DNA from: Octopus sinensis
Taxonomy: Eukaryota
Length of the DNA stretch: 64,000 nt
Assembly (NCBI RefSeq): GCF_006345805.1
Contig: NC_043000.1
Location: 150,660,001-150,724,000 of the forward strand
Reading direction: 5' to 3'
Position numbers and translations under genes: made by a program. This document shows positions 52,511-64,000 of this stretch, one piece after another (position 1 is the first letter of the stretch; each line of letters starts with the position of its first letter). Under the pieces are notes generated by a model. The model saw only the letters and a program-made list of their open reading frames with translations, was not told the origin of the DNA and ran no database searches.

Positions 52511-54239
52511 TTCATTCAATTTCCATTCTATTAAATTTGCTTTGGACACTAATATTAGTTGATTTATAAGCAGAGTGTGTTCATGGATAACCTTTCACCT
52601 CTCTAGTGTATCGCATGTGATACACAGGACATATTTTTTCTGATGTCCATGTATCATATATGATACACATCCTTAATTTTTTTTTCAATTATCAGTGTAA
52701 CTTTGGACTTACGAAGGGAAAGCATTTTATCACTCAGAATATATGAAACAAAGGCTGAATAAAAGTTTTGAAACAAGCATGGATTTTCAGGACAGAAGTA
52801 GACAAATGCTTTGGACAGGCAAAAGATTAAGGAAAGTGCACAGCTGCTGAGGAAATTCCAAGCAGAAGAAATGTGACACATATAGCTGTTCCTTCTTTTT
52901 TGTCTGCAAACATGATGTACACATAGACATAATACTTACATTTGTCATAATATTCAGTGTTGGTTGAAAATTTTCAGATACCTTCTATAGTACAATATAT
53001 ATGCACAACACACACACACGTGTGCACATACATATATATATATATATATGTATATATATATGTATATATATATATATATATGTATGTATGAATGTGTGTG
53101 TGTATGTGTATAGATATCGGGGTTGTATATTCTGGGTGTGCACTGCACACCCATTGGAAATGGAAAATCCGTTATACATATTAAACTTACTCATTAATTT
53201 AATCACAAATCTTAATTGGAAAACTTTTGTTATACTCCTGCTTGAAATTTGGTGGTATTGGGTGTGGCAGCACACCCAATACAACAACAGCCACATGCCA
53301 CTGATATATATATATATATATATATATAACTAATGTAGGATAAAATTTTTATCAGAAAAAAAAAAAATCCCGAAAAATTTTTTATCCTACATTAGTTATA
53401 AATTGAATAGTGTTTACTTCCGGATTCTCTCACTCTGTGAAAGTTTCTAGTTCGAATCACACGATGTCTCGAGATGTGCCGAAGATTTTCTATTTTGGAT
53501 ATATTTGGGGTACTTAGGTCTGCTCGGGACTTAGTACTTGCTTTTTCCATGGGTATGAGTAAGTATTTCACTTATATCCCACGTATTTATCGCTGAAGAG
53601 GGGAAAATTCTTATGAATTAACCCCGAAATTGGGACCGATACGGTAATAACAGATTTTTTAGAAATTTCTATCAGTTTGTTTTGAGACGCATAAATTATA
53701 ATGGTTATTGACAATTTTTGTCTTTTTTCGGCATATTTGGCATTAGAATTTTTCTTTTGCCCTCATTTTGTAAATTATGTATATATATATATATATATAT
53801 ATATAACCATCCATCCAGCCATTGATGCAAGTGCAGCTGAGTGGTTAAGAAGTTTGCTTTTCAGCCATAAGGTCCCAATTTTGATCCCACTGCGTTCAGT
53901 GGACAGTAACTGCATATAAGATTGTCAAATGCACTGTACTTGTAATTTAAAAGTGCAGCTTTGTCACACTGATTCTACTTGTGAGTTATGTTTAGGGTAT
54001 ACATGTCTTGAACACCCAATCACTTCACATATTAGTTTCATATGTGTAGGTCATCCAGTCAATTGTGTAACAGGATGCTCATATATAGACAGAGAACCCA
54101 ACATATAATACACAGAGTGTGTGTGTGCATGTGTAATTGCCCAAAATTGCCCCAAATTTCCCCCTTTCTTGGAGTTCTTATATACAATCAATTGGTCGGT
54201 ATGCTTCCCATAAGGTTGGATCATTGTACAGGCCAAAAA

Positions 54240-54500
54240 CTACTTCACATCTGAGGCTGTTTTGGATCTTTACAAGTCCACAATTCATTCTTGTATGGAA
54301 TACTGTCGTTAAATTTGGGCAGGTGCACCATCTTATCATCTGAGTTTCCATGACCGGGTTCAGAAGTGAATCTTTAATCTGATTGGTCCCTGCAACCTTT
54401 ATTGCATTGATGTGACATTACCAGTCTTAGTCTTTCCTATCGTTATTGTCACAGAAAGTGCCCCAACAAACTTTCTCTTGGTGCCAGATCACTTTGTGCT
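54240..54500 (+). mobile_element. CR1/L2/Jockey-group LINE RT C-terminal remnant
   Basis: LYKSTIHSCMEYCR*IWAGAPSYHLSFHDRVQK*IFNLIGP. Confidence 0.6.
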
Positions 54501-54524
54501 ATCTCGCTTGACTTAAAATGCACA

Positions 54525-54665
54525 GGTAAGTAGTTTGCTTTCCAACCACATGGTTCCGGGTTCAGTCCCACTGCGTGGCACCTTGGGCAAGTGTCTCGGG
54601 CTGACCAATGCCTTGTGAGTGGATTTGGTAGACGGAAACTGAAAGAAGCCTGTCGTATATATATA

Positions 54666-54697
<32 letters not shown>

Positions 54698-54698
54698 C

Positions 54699-54729
<31 letters not shown>

Positions 54730-54938
54730 ATGTTTGTGTGTCTGTGTTTGTCCCCCTAGCATTGCTTGACAACCGATGCTGGTGTGTTTACGTCCCCGTC
54801 ACTTAGCGGTTCGGCAAAAGAGACCGATAGAATAAGTACTGGGCTTACAAAAGAATAAGTCCTGGTGTCGATTTGCTCGACTAAAGGCGGTGCTCCAGCA
54901 TGGCCGCAGTCAAATGACTGAAACAAGTAAAAGAGAGT
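54525..54938 (+). mobile_element. Family A SINE, 5'-truncated at GGTAAGT
   Basis: Starts at GGTAAGTAG; body and tail complete. Confidence 0.82.
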
Positions 54939-57343
54939 GTCTTCATCCAAAAGCTGTTGTGTTTCCACAAATAAGGAAGTCTTACTATGGCTGTAGCTTT
55001 TTTTCCTTGAACTGCCAGACTTTGGAACTCTTTTTCATCTTATTCTTTTCCTCCTCCTTCTGACCTGAATTCTTTCAAGTCTAAAGTAAATTTATTCCTT
55101 TCATCTTAATTTCTCCTTCTTCATTGTTCCTTACATTAAGTGGCTTCTTGCCTTGTTTGGGACTTTCTTATAAAATAAAGAACAAAAAAATCATTTATGT
55201 GATATATGCATGCCACATACTGTTTGCTGATATGTGGTCAAATACTTGATTACAAGCAATGACACCTATTACCTTCATGTATTATTAGTAGTAGTAGAAA
55301 ATTGGATTTCTGGAATCTATGTCTTTCCTTAATAAGTAATAAAGCTGCAATATGGGATATTGAACTTGCTTGCTACTTATATTCACTGTTGTAACTCATA
55401 AAACTCATATAGCCACACACATATTTATTTCTTAAATAATTTTTGCTTTGCAAATAACGTATTATGTACCATTGATCCTATTAATGGTTATGTGTTGATA
55501 TGACGCAATAATAATGTTTCACTATTGCTGGACTGGACTATATTGAACAAGGGCAATGATGGACAGAACTATATTGATAATACAGCCCTTGAAGTTGTCC
55601 AAGGGAAGATGTGATCAAAATAATTGGAAGTGATTTGATTAAAGATAGTATAGAGAGTCTATCAACCAGAATAACATTGACATATTAACTTGGGAATTCA
55701 TATTAGCCCAGGAAAGTGATATGAAAATAAATAATGCAGTGATGCACACAAAACTACATCTGTACATGCAGAAGCACTAACACATACTCATTGGCTCCTA
55801 TAGAAGTTTATGTCCGTGTGCAGGTACATACACACACACACTCAGATTGGTTACCATTGCAGGCATTAATATCGTCATCAGAAGATGCAGTCATAAATGC
55901 ACAACCACTTGCACAGAAACACAAACATATTTATGCAGCGGCACATGCAACTGGTCATTACAGCGAGTGTTAATTACCTGCTTATAACCTAATATTAATG
56001 AGTATTTGATGCGAAGCTTATGCAATTAATCACATCAAATAGAAAATGACATTTTCTATGGGAAATAATGATAATTAACAACAACAATAATAATGATTTC
56101 TTTTATTCGTTACTTGGGTGATGGATGAGTTGTACATGTACAAAAACAGACATAAAATGTAGTGTTGAGGTTGGCATAGAAAATTTATTGGGTGGGTAAT
56201 AACAATAATTTTTTTTTTTTTGTATAGTTTATCAGACAAGTTTTCGTGGGAAATTGATCAAATTTTAAAATTGAGGACAACATAAAATTAAGTTAGAAGC
56301 AGTGAATTAGTGTTTTAATGAGAACGCTTTTCTTCTGGGGGTTTTCTCTTCTTCATACTGAATGAGAGAAGAAATTTATAATTTTCAATACTTATACTAA
56401 CATAAAAAAGAAAAATATGAGATTATTTGCCTGTTACTATTCCTCCATGTCTTAAGAATGAGGAATGGTATTAACGAAAAAAAAAGAAAGAAAAAAAGGA
56501 AAGAAAAGAAAAAAAGCCATTTGTTCTTGAATACTGACTTAAGGGCAATGCTAGCAATGTAAAAGATTATACTTGAACTGAATGATATGATGCTGAGTAA
56601 TAGATGACTAACAATCTAGATAAATAGAAAATAAAATTAATGGCATCAGCTACAGATGCTGGCAATGGCTATTTGATGCGTTTATTTGAGAGAGAGACAT
56701 CATTCTGCTTTCTCAGTATCAATGTAGGTGTCTTTGTATAGCAGAATCTCTAGCTGTGTACACTGAAAAGTTTCTACTGCATTATTGAGAAATTGCTAAG
56801 AAGATTTATGGAAGTTAGAAAAAGTAATATTCCCTCAGGGTTATTTGTATGTGGCTTGTTGCTTTATGGGGTTCAGTTTTCTATGAGATGAAGTGAATAA
56901 TAACTTCTATGATATATTTTAATTTTTTTTTTTTTTCATAGCATTTGCAAGACTCATCACAACCAAAACCTCTCTTCCTGAGATGCATTGGTTATCACTG
57001 TTTAATAAATGTTATGTTGAGAAATTATTAGAAGGAAATAAAGCTTGAAATCCCTCTGCAAATAGTAATGAAACATGATTGCTAACTTGGCCAATATTTA
57101 CACAGGAATGGTTTACAAAATTTTTTTCAAACCACTGTTCCATGTGGGAAGGCTTTCTCTCTTTCTCACTTTGACTGTCTCTCTCTCTCTATCTCTCTCT
57201 CTAGCTATCTCTCACCTTCCTGTCCTTCCTTGTGCTACTGAGGTTGCCAAGTATCTCTTTTATACACACACATGTCATTCTCTAATTCCTTGGTTCCACT
57301 CTCTCTCTCCACTGAGAGAGTCTTGTCTTGTGAGCTCCCAGTT

Positions 57344-57815
57344 GCTGGTGTCACATAGAAACATCTGTGCTGGTGCCACATAAAAAACACCCATACTGGT
57401 GTCACATAAAAAGCACTCGTATTGGTGCCACATAAAAAACTCCTATACTGGTGTCGCATAAAAAGAATCCATAGGGGCACCACATAAAAAACACCCATAC
57501 TGGTGTCATGTAAGAAGCACCCATGCTAGTGCCATGTAAAAAACACCTGTACAGGCGCCATATAAAAGCACCCACAGTGGTGCCTCATAAAATGTACCCA
57601 TGCTCGTGCTATCTAAAACGCACCTGTGTTGGTACCATGTAAAAGACACCCAGTACACTCTGTAAAATGGTTGGCCTTAGGAAGGGCATCCAACTAGAAA
57701 CCAGTTCGATATAGACAACTGGAGCCTGGTGCAGCTCTCTGGCTTGCACAGCTTCTGTCAGACTGTCCAACCCATGCCAGCATGAAAAACAGGCATTAAA
57801 TGATGATGATGATGA
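57344..57815 (+). mobile_element. Family D RTE 3' end preceded by a 12-unit 25-27-bp tandem array
   Basis: Units GGTGYCACATAAAAARCACCCAT (57344 to ~57655), then GGAAGGGCATCC and (GAT)n. Confidence 0.8.
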
Positions 57816-57851
57816 TTCTTCAAATCTGTTATGTTTAAAGTTTTATTTGAT

Positions 57852-58017
57852 ATCATCATCATCATCATCATCATCATCGTTTAACGTCCGTTCTCCATGC
57901 TAGCATGTGTTGGACGGTTCGACCGGGGATCTGGAAAGCCAGAAGGCTGCACCAGGCTCCAGTCTTATCTGGCAGTGTTTCTACAGCTGGATGCCCTTCC
58001 TAACGCCAACCACTCCA
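57852..58017 (-). mobile_element. Family D RTE 3' end, tail-to-tail with the previous copy
   Basis: (CAT)n-led. Confidence 0.75.
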
Positions 58018-58092
58018 AAAATATTTATTTGATAATTGTACTCGTTTCTGTCATGCGACTTTAGTGCATCTATTTTGAAAACTTCAGGCTGT

Positions 58093-58133
<41 letters not shown>

Positions 58134-58734
58134 TTATATATGATAACATTAGATCTTTTCCCATGGGTGGCTTCTGCATGAAGAACACACAGTTAAGTGT
58201 AGGTTAATACTTTATGTCACCCATTTAAGTTTTGGTCAAATGAAATTCCAGTTATCTCTTGCTTGTCTACGTTGGGATTAACTGGTAAATACTAATAACT
58301 TTACTGATAATTTCAATTGATTAAAAATTGTATTTGGCCGACTACTTTAAATGGCAGTCTGAATTTAACATGTTATTTATACACAAATTTTTATATACTG
58401 TGTTGATGCATAAACATCATAAAAATAATTTAAATGTTGTGTGTTATTAATCTTGTTAGGAAAGATGTCTCCTAACGAGATATGTAATGTATCGGAATTA
58501 AATTAATTATGTATGTTAATCATATAATTAAATAAATGATTTAAAAAAAAATTCCATTGAAACAGCTGTTGAGAACAAATTATGAATCGTGGAAAATTTA
58601 TACTTTTCTGCTGTTTACTATTTGTGTGTGTGTGTGTGTGTGTACACATACACCTCCTTAGGCCTACTAGCAACAGTACACGGCCGGGAGCTAGAAGTTT
58701 GCTTGGAAAAGCAGCTGAAGTTCCCAGACAGGAA

Positions 58735-59155
58735 GGTGCAGGAGTGGCTGTGTGGTAAGTAGCTTGTTTACCAACCACATGGTTCCGGGTTCAGTCCCAC
58801 TGCGTGGCACCTTGGGCAAGTGTCTTCTACTATAGCCTCGGGCCGACCAAAGCCTTGTGAGTGGATTTGGTAGACGGAAACTGAAAGAAGCCCGTCGTAT
58901 ATATGTATATATATATATGTATGCGTGTGTGTGTTTGTGTGTCTGTGTTTGTCCCCCTAGCATTGCTTGACAACCGATGCTGGTGTGTTTATGTCACCAT
59001 CACTTAGCGGTTCGGCAAAAGAGACCGATAGAATAAGTACTGGGCTTACAAAAGAATAAGTCCCGGGGTCGAGTTGCTCGATTAAAGGCGGTGCTCCAGC
59101 ATGGCCGCAGTCAAATGACTGAAACAAGTAAAAGAGAAAAGAGAAAAGAGAGAGA
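58735..59155 (+). mobile_element. Young family A SINE
   Basis: Full-length and CpG-rich. Confidence 0.87.
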
Positions 59156-59609
59156 ATGTTAAGCTGTTGTGTGGGTGGCAAGCAAGGTGTGGTCCTATTG
59201 AGGAGGTGTGATGTAGAGGGTTTGCAGATCAGTTCCTCTGCAGAGCCTAAAACATGTTGGGTATCACAGGGGTGCCAATAGGCAAAGGCTGTCAAATTGG
59301 CTATGAAATCTGCAGATGTTTCCTCAATGTGTCTGTAAACCAGGAGGTGCAAGCTCTGGAAGGGACAGTGTTACATTGGATAGTGTTAACTAGATATGAG
59401 CTTGAGCTTAAATCAACCTTGATTGCGATATGCAGATGAGGGTCTCTGATTGTTGAAAGCCCTGAAACACCTAATGATCCTGTGAAACATCACTATGAGG
59501 TATGGAACAACTATATGTATGTATATGTACATAGACACATATTATATATGTGTATATATATATATATATGTGTGTGTGTGATCTTTTTTTCTATGTCATT
59601 ATCAAGATA

Positions 59610-59826
59610 ACAGTGGCAAGCTGGCAGAATCATTGATGCAACAGAAAAGAATGCTTGGTGGTATTTTGCCACTTTATGTTCTGAGTTCAAATTCTGCTGA
59701 GGTCGACTTTGCCTTTCATCCTTTCAGGGTTGATAAAATAAGTACCAGTTAAGTGCTGGGGTCAATGTAATCAACTTCCCCACCCCCTCAAAATTGTTGG
59801 CCTTGTGCCAAAATAACAAAAGAATA
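59610..59826 (+). mobile_element. Family C SINE
   Basis: 14-bp TSD TCATTATCAAGATA (59596-59609 and 59827-59840). Confidence 0.85.
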
Positions 59827-59984
59827 TCATTATCAAGATAGTAGTAGTGGGGGAATTATTAAAAACATTTGAATAAAATAGAAACTACATCATAGAACAT
59901 GATTGAAGACTGTCAGAACGTCTGTGAAGGTTGTCATTATTAATTTCTGTTTTGGGTTTTCATGTCTGTAAACATATTAATTCT

Positions 59985-60122
59985 GCACATTATTTACATT
60001 AGATGGATATTAGTTCTCATCTTTGTTGTTAACACAATGTTTTGGCTGATATACCCTCCAGCCTTCATCAGGTGTCTTGGGGAAATTTCAAACCTGGGTT
60101 CTCATTCCTGAGGTATTTTTCC
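59985..60122 (-). mobile_element. Family H tail only (hammerhead core inactivated)
   Basis: CTGATGA and stem II intact, but GAAACG has become AAAACA (CpG-type changes). Confidence 0.7.
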
Positions 60123-60176
60123 CTCTGTGGGATGAAGTTAAAATAATAGACAGAGAGCACCACTGGAAAATACGAA

Positions 60177-60881
60177 GGTCCAGATGGAGGATATGTAAAC
60201 GGAACCCTTTCCCCTTCAATTTTTTTTTTAATCCCACATTTTAGGCTATCGAGATTCCGATTCTGAAAAAAAAATTTTCAAAATCACAACTTCAAAACTT
60301 CAATACCCCCATTTCTTCATTTTTCACTTTTTCCGGAAATTATTTTGCTGAAATACATACAAAAATACATAGATTCTGATTCTGAACTCATGCATATTAT
60401 TTACATGCTAGAGATAACAGCCAAATCTCACAAAACTGCGATAACATAATGAAAGAAATTTGTAATCAATCTACTCACCTTTCTGCAAAGATTTCTTTCA
60501 GAGTAATTTCCTGCAGTAATATGAAATTACAGACAAATGGGTCAGCTATAGGAACTTACAACAGCTGGGTTACATTCACAGAACGGTTAACCATTCAAAC
60601 GGTTAACCATTTTTTTTTTTTGTGGAAATTGAAATTTTATAAACAATTTTTTGTTTTCAGAATCATAATCTCTGTATTTTTGTTTGTATTTTGGGAAAAG
60701 AAATTTCCGGAAATAGCGAAAAATGAAGAAATGGTGAGGTGGGGGAATTTAAATTTTGAAGTTGCAATTTTTGAAAAATTTTTTCAGAATTGGAATCTCC
60801 ATAGCCTAAAATATGGGATTCCATAAAAAAAAACAAAAAAAATGGGGGGGAGGTTCCATTTACATATCCTCCATCTGGACC
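60177..60881. mobile_element. Long-TIR non-autonomous DNA transposon (Merlin- or Mutator-like), 705 bp
   Basis: GGTCCAGATGGAGGATATGTAAA ... TTTACATATCCTCCATCTGGACC; imperfect TIRs of ~210 bp; 8-bp TSD AATACGAA. Confidence 0.85.
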
Positions 60882-61037
60882 AATACGAAAACTAAAAGAA
60901 GCAGCACATATGCTAGGACATAACAACCTCCTAAGCAGACAGAGTGCAGATATGAGCAGCTTATGGGAACTGGTATTAAGGAAGGATAGGAAAATATTAG
61001 ATTTATAAGACCTAAAATTCACTCCATAATTGCCCAC

Positions 61038-61606
61038 GGGCATATGGCATAGTGGTTAAGAGCATGGGCTAATAACCCCAAGATTCTGAGTTCGATAAGA
61101 AGTTCAGGCCTGTGATTATGGGGTTTTTTCACACCGCCAGTTGCTAGAGCACACTTCCTGGTAGCCTTAGTGATAAGTTGTTTACGACCTGAATAATTAT
61201 AATAATAAGCAATAATAATAACATAGAAAAATACCTTAGGAATGAGAAATTTCCCCAAGATACCTGATGAAGGCTGGAGGGTATATCAGCCGAAATGTTG
61301 TGTTAACAACAAACAAGTTGAGGACAAATATCTGTCAAATGTAAATAATGTACATAATTCCTCATCCTTTAACCCTTTAGTATTTAAACAGGCTATATCC
61401 GGCCAAAATAGTTAATCTGTTTTATGTTCAAACTGACCAGATCCAGGCTCTCACACCTACCCTACAATGTTATTCTACATTAAGTAATTACACCATCAAC
61501 ATCTTGAAGGTATGAGACAATGCATGATTAATTCAAATCAATGGGAATCAATAAGCATTATGTTTGATAGAATAATCTGAACACTAAAGGGTTAAACATA
61601 GAACTG
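61038..61606 (+). mobile_element. Full-length family H element: tRNA-like head, AAT linker, hammerhead tail (tail split by a piggyBac MITE)
   Basis: TGGCATAGTGG (A box), GAGTTCGAT (B box); GATAC-CTGATGA(61264-61270)-AGGCTG..CAGCC-GAAAT-GTT-GTGTT. Confidence 0.75.
61373..61591. mobile_element. piggyBac-like MITE, 219 bp
   Basis: TTAA|CCCTTTAG ... CTAAAGGG|TTAA. Confidence 0.82.
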
Positions 61607-61810
61607 CCTGTTTAAAGGTGATTTCACAGAAAATGCCTCAGAGTAACCAGTTGACTCCCATGAGTTACCTTGAAAACAATTTGGAACATTATGATGTTAT
61701 AATACTTGATGTCATTTATATTAAAATCTTAGCAGCTAATTTGAATCATAGAGTTATTTCTCATTAGAATCATTGAACTGCTGCAGGACTCCTTCACTCT
61801 GTTGGACATA

Positions 61811-62172
61811 TCTTTATATATAAAAGTGAGGTTGTGTGCTGTCTGTCTCCTACGATTTAGATTCCTAACTACTCCCACATTTTGCGGTGCAGTTTAACCA
61901 AAACCGGATATCTTATAGTCGTGATTCATATCGAGTCCTTCTGGGTATTAGCACGGGTCTATGATGAGTCTACGATTTAAAAAAAAATTTACCATCAATT
62001 TTCCCCATTTTTAATGCATTTATTATTAAATCTCAGAACGTAAAAAGCCACAGTAACAACCCCCCCCTTTGTGGTTAGCCATATTGAGATGGCTATTATA
62101 CTTTACATCTCTAAAAATGCTTATGTAGTTATTTCCCTTACAAACCCGAGGAATGCCGGGCGATACTGCTAG
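61811..62172 (+). mobile_element. Non-autonomous Helitron (same family as 8353-8659)
   Basis: A|TC start, hairpin CCCGAGGAATGCCGGG, CTAG|T end. Confidence 0.85.
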
Positions 62173-63101
62173 TGTTGAATAAACTATATTGTAGAGGTAA
62201 AATAGGATAGTCTGAATTATGGAAACAGTTATAATAATATCTAATTTATGATGAATGAAATGAAGAACGCTTTGTCATGTAATCAGCAAGTGTTAGATAT
62301 GTAGTTTGAGTCCTATCCATGGGCCTGTTTCTCTTTTCTGTCTTACATTTCTTCTTATGGTTAATATTTATTTTAAAGTATTAGCAGTTATTTCATTATT
62401 TAAAACTTTTAGATTGCAACTCTAATGCTTCTTTAAGTTCTGATGCTTTTCAATGATATTTCAGAAAGAATATCTTAACAATATTGAAAATAGTTATTTT
62501 TAAGTCTTTTTGCTGTGTTATCTGATGTTAGTTGTAATATTCTTTCTCCAAGAAAAGCTGTTGGATTTACTGCTGGCTGCAGAACTTGTCACTCTAATAT
62601 CCGAATTATCTTTTGAATGTTTTTCTTTTACAGATATTTCATTTTGTTTCACTTTCATTGTCATCTGTTCTTTTCTTCTTTTGTTTTTGTCCTGATACTG
62701 ATTGTAGTAAAGTCTCATGGCAATTATTCAGATTTCAAGTAGGAAATCTGATCTTCAATATAACAATATTCTTGTTGAATATTGCTAATTGTAAATGATT
62801 GAATTTCGAAAATGTGCAAAAACTCTTTAAATCACCAATCACATTTCATCTGAAATGATTATGAATCATTTAATTAATATTCAAAATTGATTAGAAGAAA
62901 GTAATTAAAATTCCCAACATTTTTTAATGGAATCTTTAGTTTCAAGAGCAAATATATAGAAATATATATATGTTTAATATATTGACAAGGTCATGAAATA
63001 TTTAATTTGCAAGCTTAATTATTTTCTAAATTGTAAGTGCTTAATCATGATAGGCTTAATTAAATACTATTTTTATGTTTCCATTTTTTTTTTTTTCTTA
63101 G

Positions 63102-63240
63102 ATGTTGGATAGGGTTTACATGCAGCTACAAACATTCTTAGATGACCCTGTATACCGAGATCAACATACTGTACAAATGGAAATTATTCGAACTTTTGCT
63201 CGTGTAGGACCAAATGCAGAGCCTCGTTTCAGAGATGAAT
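63102..63240 (+). CDS. RELCH: RELCH internal coding exon, 139 bp
   Basis: (T)n-cttAG acceptor; GTAAGT donor at 63241. MLDRVYMQLQTFLDDPVYRDQHTVQMEIIRTFARVGPNAEPRFRDE plus T, matching human LLERVKMQLASFLEDPQYQDQHSLHTEIIKTFGRVGPNAEPRFRDEF. The ATG is an internal Met, not a start codon. Confidence 0.95.
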
Positions 63241-64000
63241 GTAAGTTTACTTCCATTTTTCCAATTTTTCTCTTCCGAATGAAAATTCTAAAAATTTCAA
63301 AGTGAAAATTCTATGAAAATTGTTTATTTGGAAGGTTTTTTTTGCAAAAAGTTTAACTTGAATTTTTGTGAATTCTTTTATTTATTTCACTTTTACAAAA
63401 CTAAATATAATATCTAGTTTTACAGCTTTTATGAAATTAAAAAAAAATATACACATTTAGAATAATTCATTGAAATATTAAAACTTTATTGCAGTTATTT
63501 CGCTTACATCATGTAAATTGCACAAATCAACAGAAAGACTTCCAATCTTTTATATCTTTATGATAAAAGCTATATTTCTTCTGTTTCCACTGCTAAATAT
63601 AATAAATTCTCTGTTAGTTCAAAGTTCTACAATTGAAAATTTGAATATCGACCGATATTCAATATCACTAATGGCGTAAGCTTTGTAAACTCCAAACATT
63701 AGAAATATTGAAAAACTGCAAACTCTTTTTTCAATTGCTGTTGCTCTTTCTATAGTTTTCAATGTCAGCATCTTGTGTTTAATAAAATTGCTCCATTTTC
63801 CTTAATTTAGCAAAAGCATTGTTAGATTAGAGAGCGCTGATGTTTGGAAGAAACATTTAATCATATTATTATTGTATATTTTTTTTTTAGAAGTAGAAAT
63901 TTCTTTCAGCTATTATTCTGTACATTACTTACTTAATATACAGTGTGAGAACTTTCCAGTATCTTCATTATAATAGAAAACATGTGCTAACATACTATCT

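Noticed and set aside
56941-56990. Strong-looking acceptor (T)n-CATAG in the 30-kb intron
   Set aside because: No good downstream donor and no homologous peptide.
57344-57660. CRISPR-like repeat/spacer appearance
   Set aside because: Eukaryotic intron, no cas genes, units are degenerate tandem repeats contiguous with an RTE 3' UTR.
62440-62860. Minus-strand charged or coiled-coil-like frames (EDQISYLKSE)
   Set aside because: Broken by stops; could be an old LINE ORF1 remnant, but not assignable.

Overview
Eukaryotic, AT-rich, repeat-dense genomic DNA. The retroposon families and the (CA/TA/CAT)n microsatellite load look like an Octopus (coleoid cephalopod) genome; this is an inference. The window lies inside one + strand gene, RELCH/KIAA1468 (RAB11-binding LisH/HEAT protein). 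Four coding exons are present (8703-8802, 18503-18585, 32900-32963, 63102-63240). They splice in frame across introns of about 9.7, 14.3 and 30.1 kb. Everything else is intronic: several tRNA-derived SINE families, 5'-truncated RTE LINE ends, fragments of RTE, CR1/L2-like, R4/Dong-like, HERO-like and Penelope retroelements, two Helitrons, and hAT, mariner, pogo, piggyBac and long-TIR MITEs, often nested. The most notable observations are (i) a tRNA-headed, SINE-like element whose 3' tail carries a minimal Penelope-type hammerhead ribozyme motif, with one pair arranged as a ~570-bp head-to-head palindrome; (ii) a second hammerhead-like family with a non-canonical CUGUCGA core; (iii) a decayed Penelope ORF in the same window; and (iv) a near-perfect 267-bp hairpin. 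Most ORFs in the supplied track are spurious (SINE- or microsatellite-derived). Repeat boundaries are approximate unless TSDs or TIRs are quoted. All protein-family assignments are from remembered motifs, not database searches.
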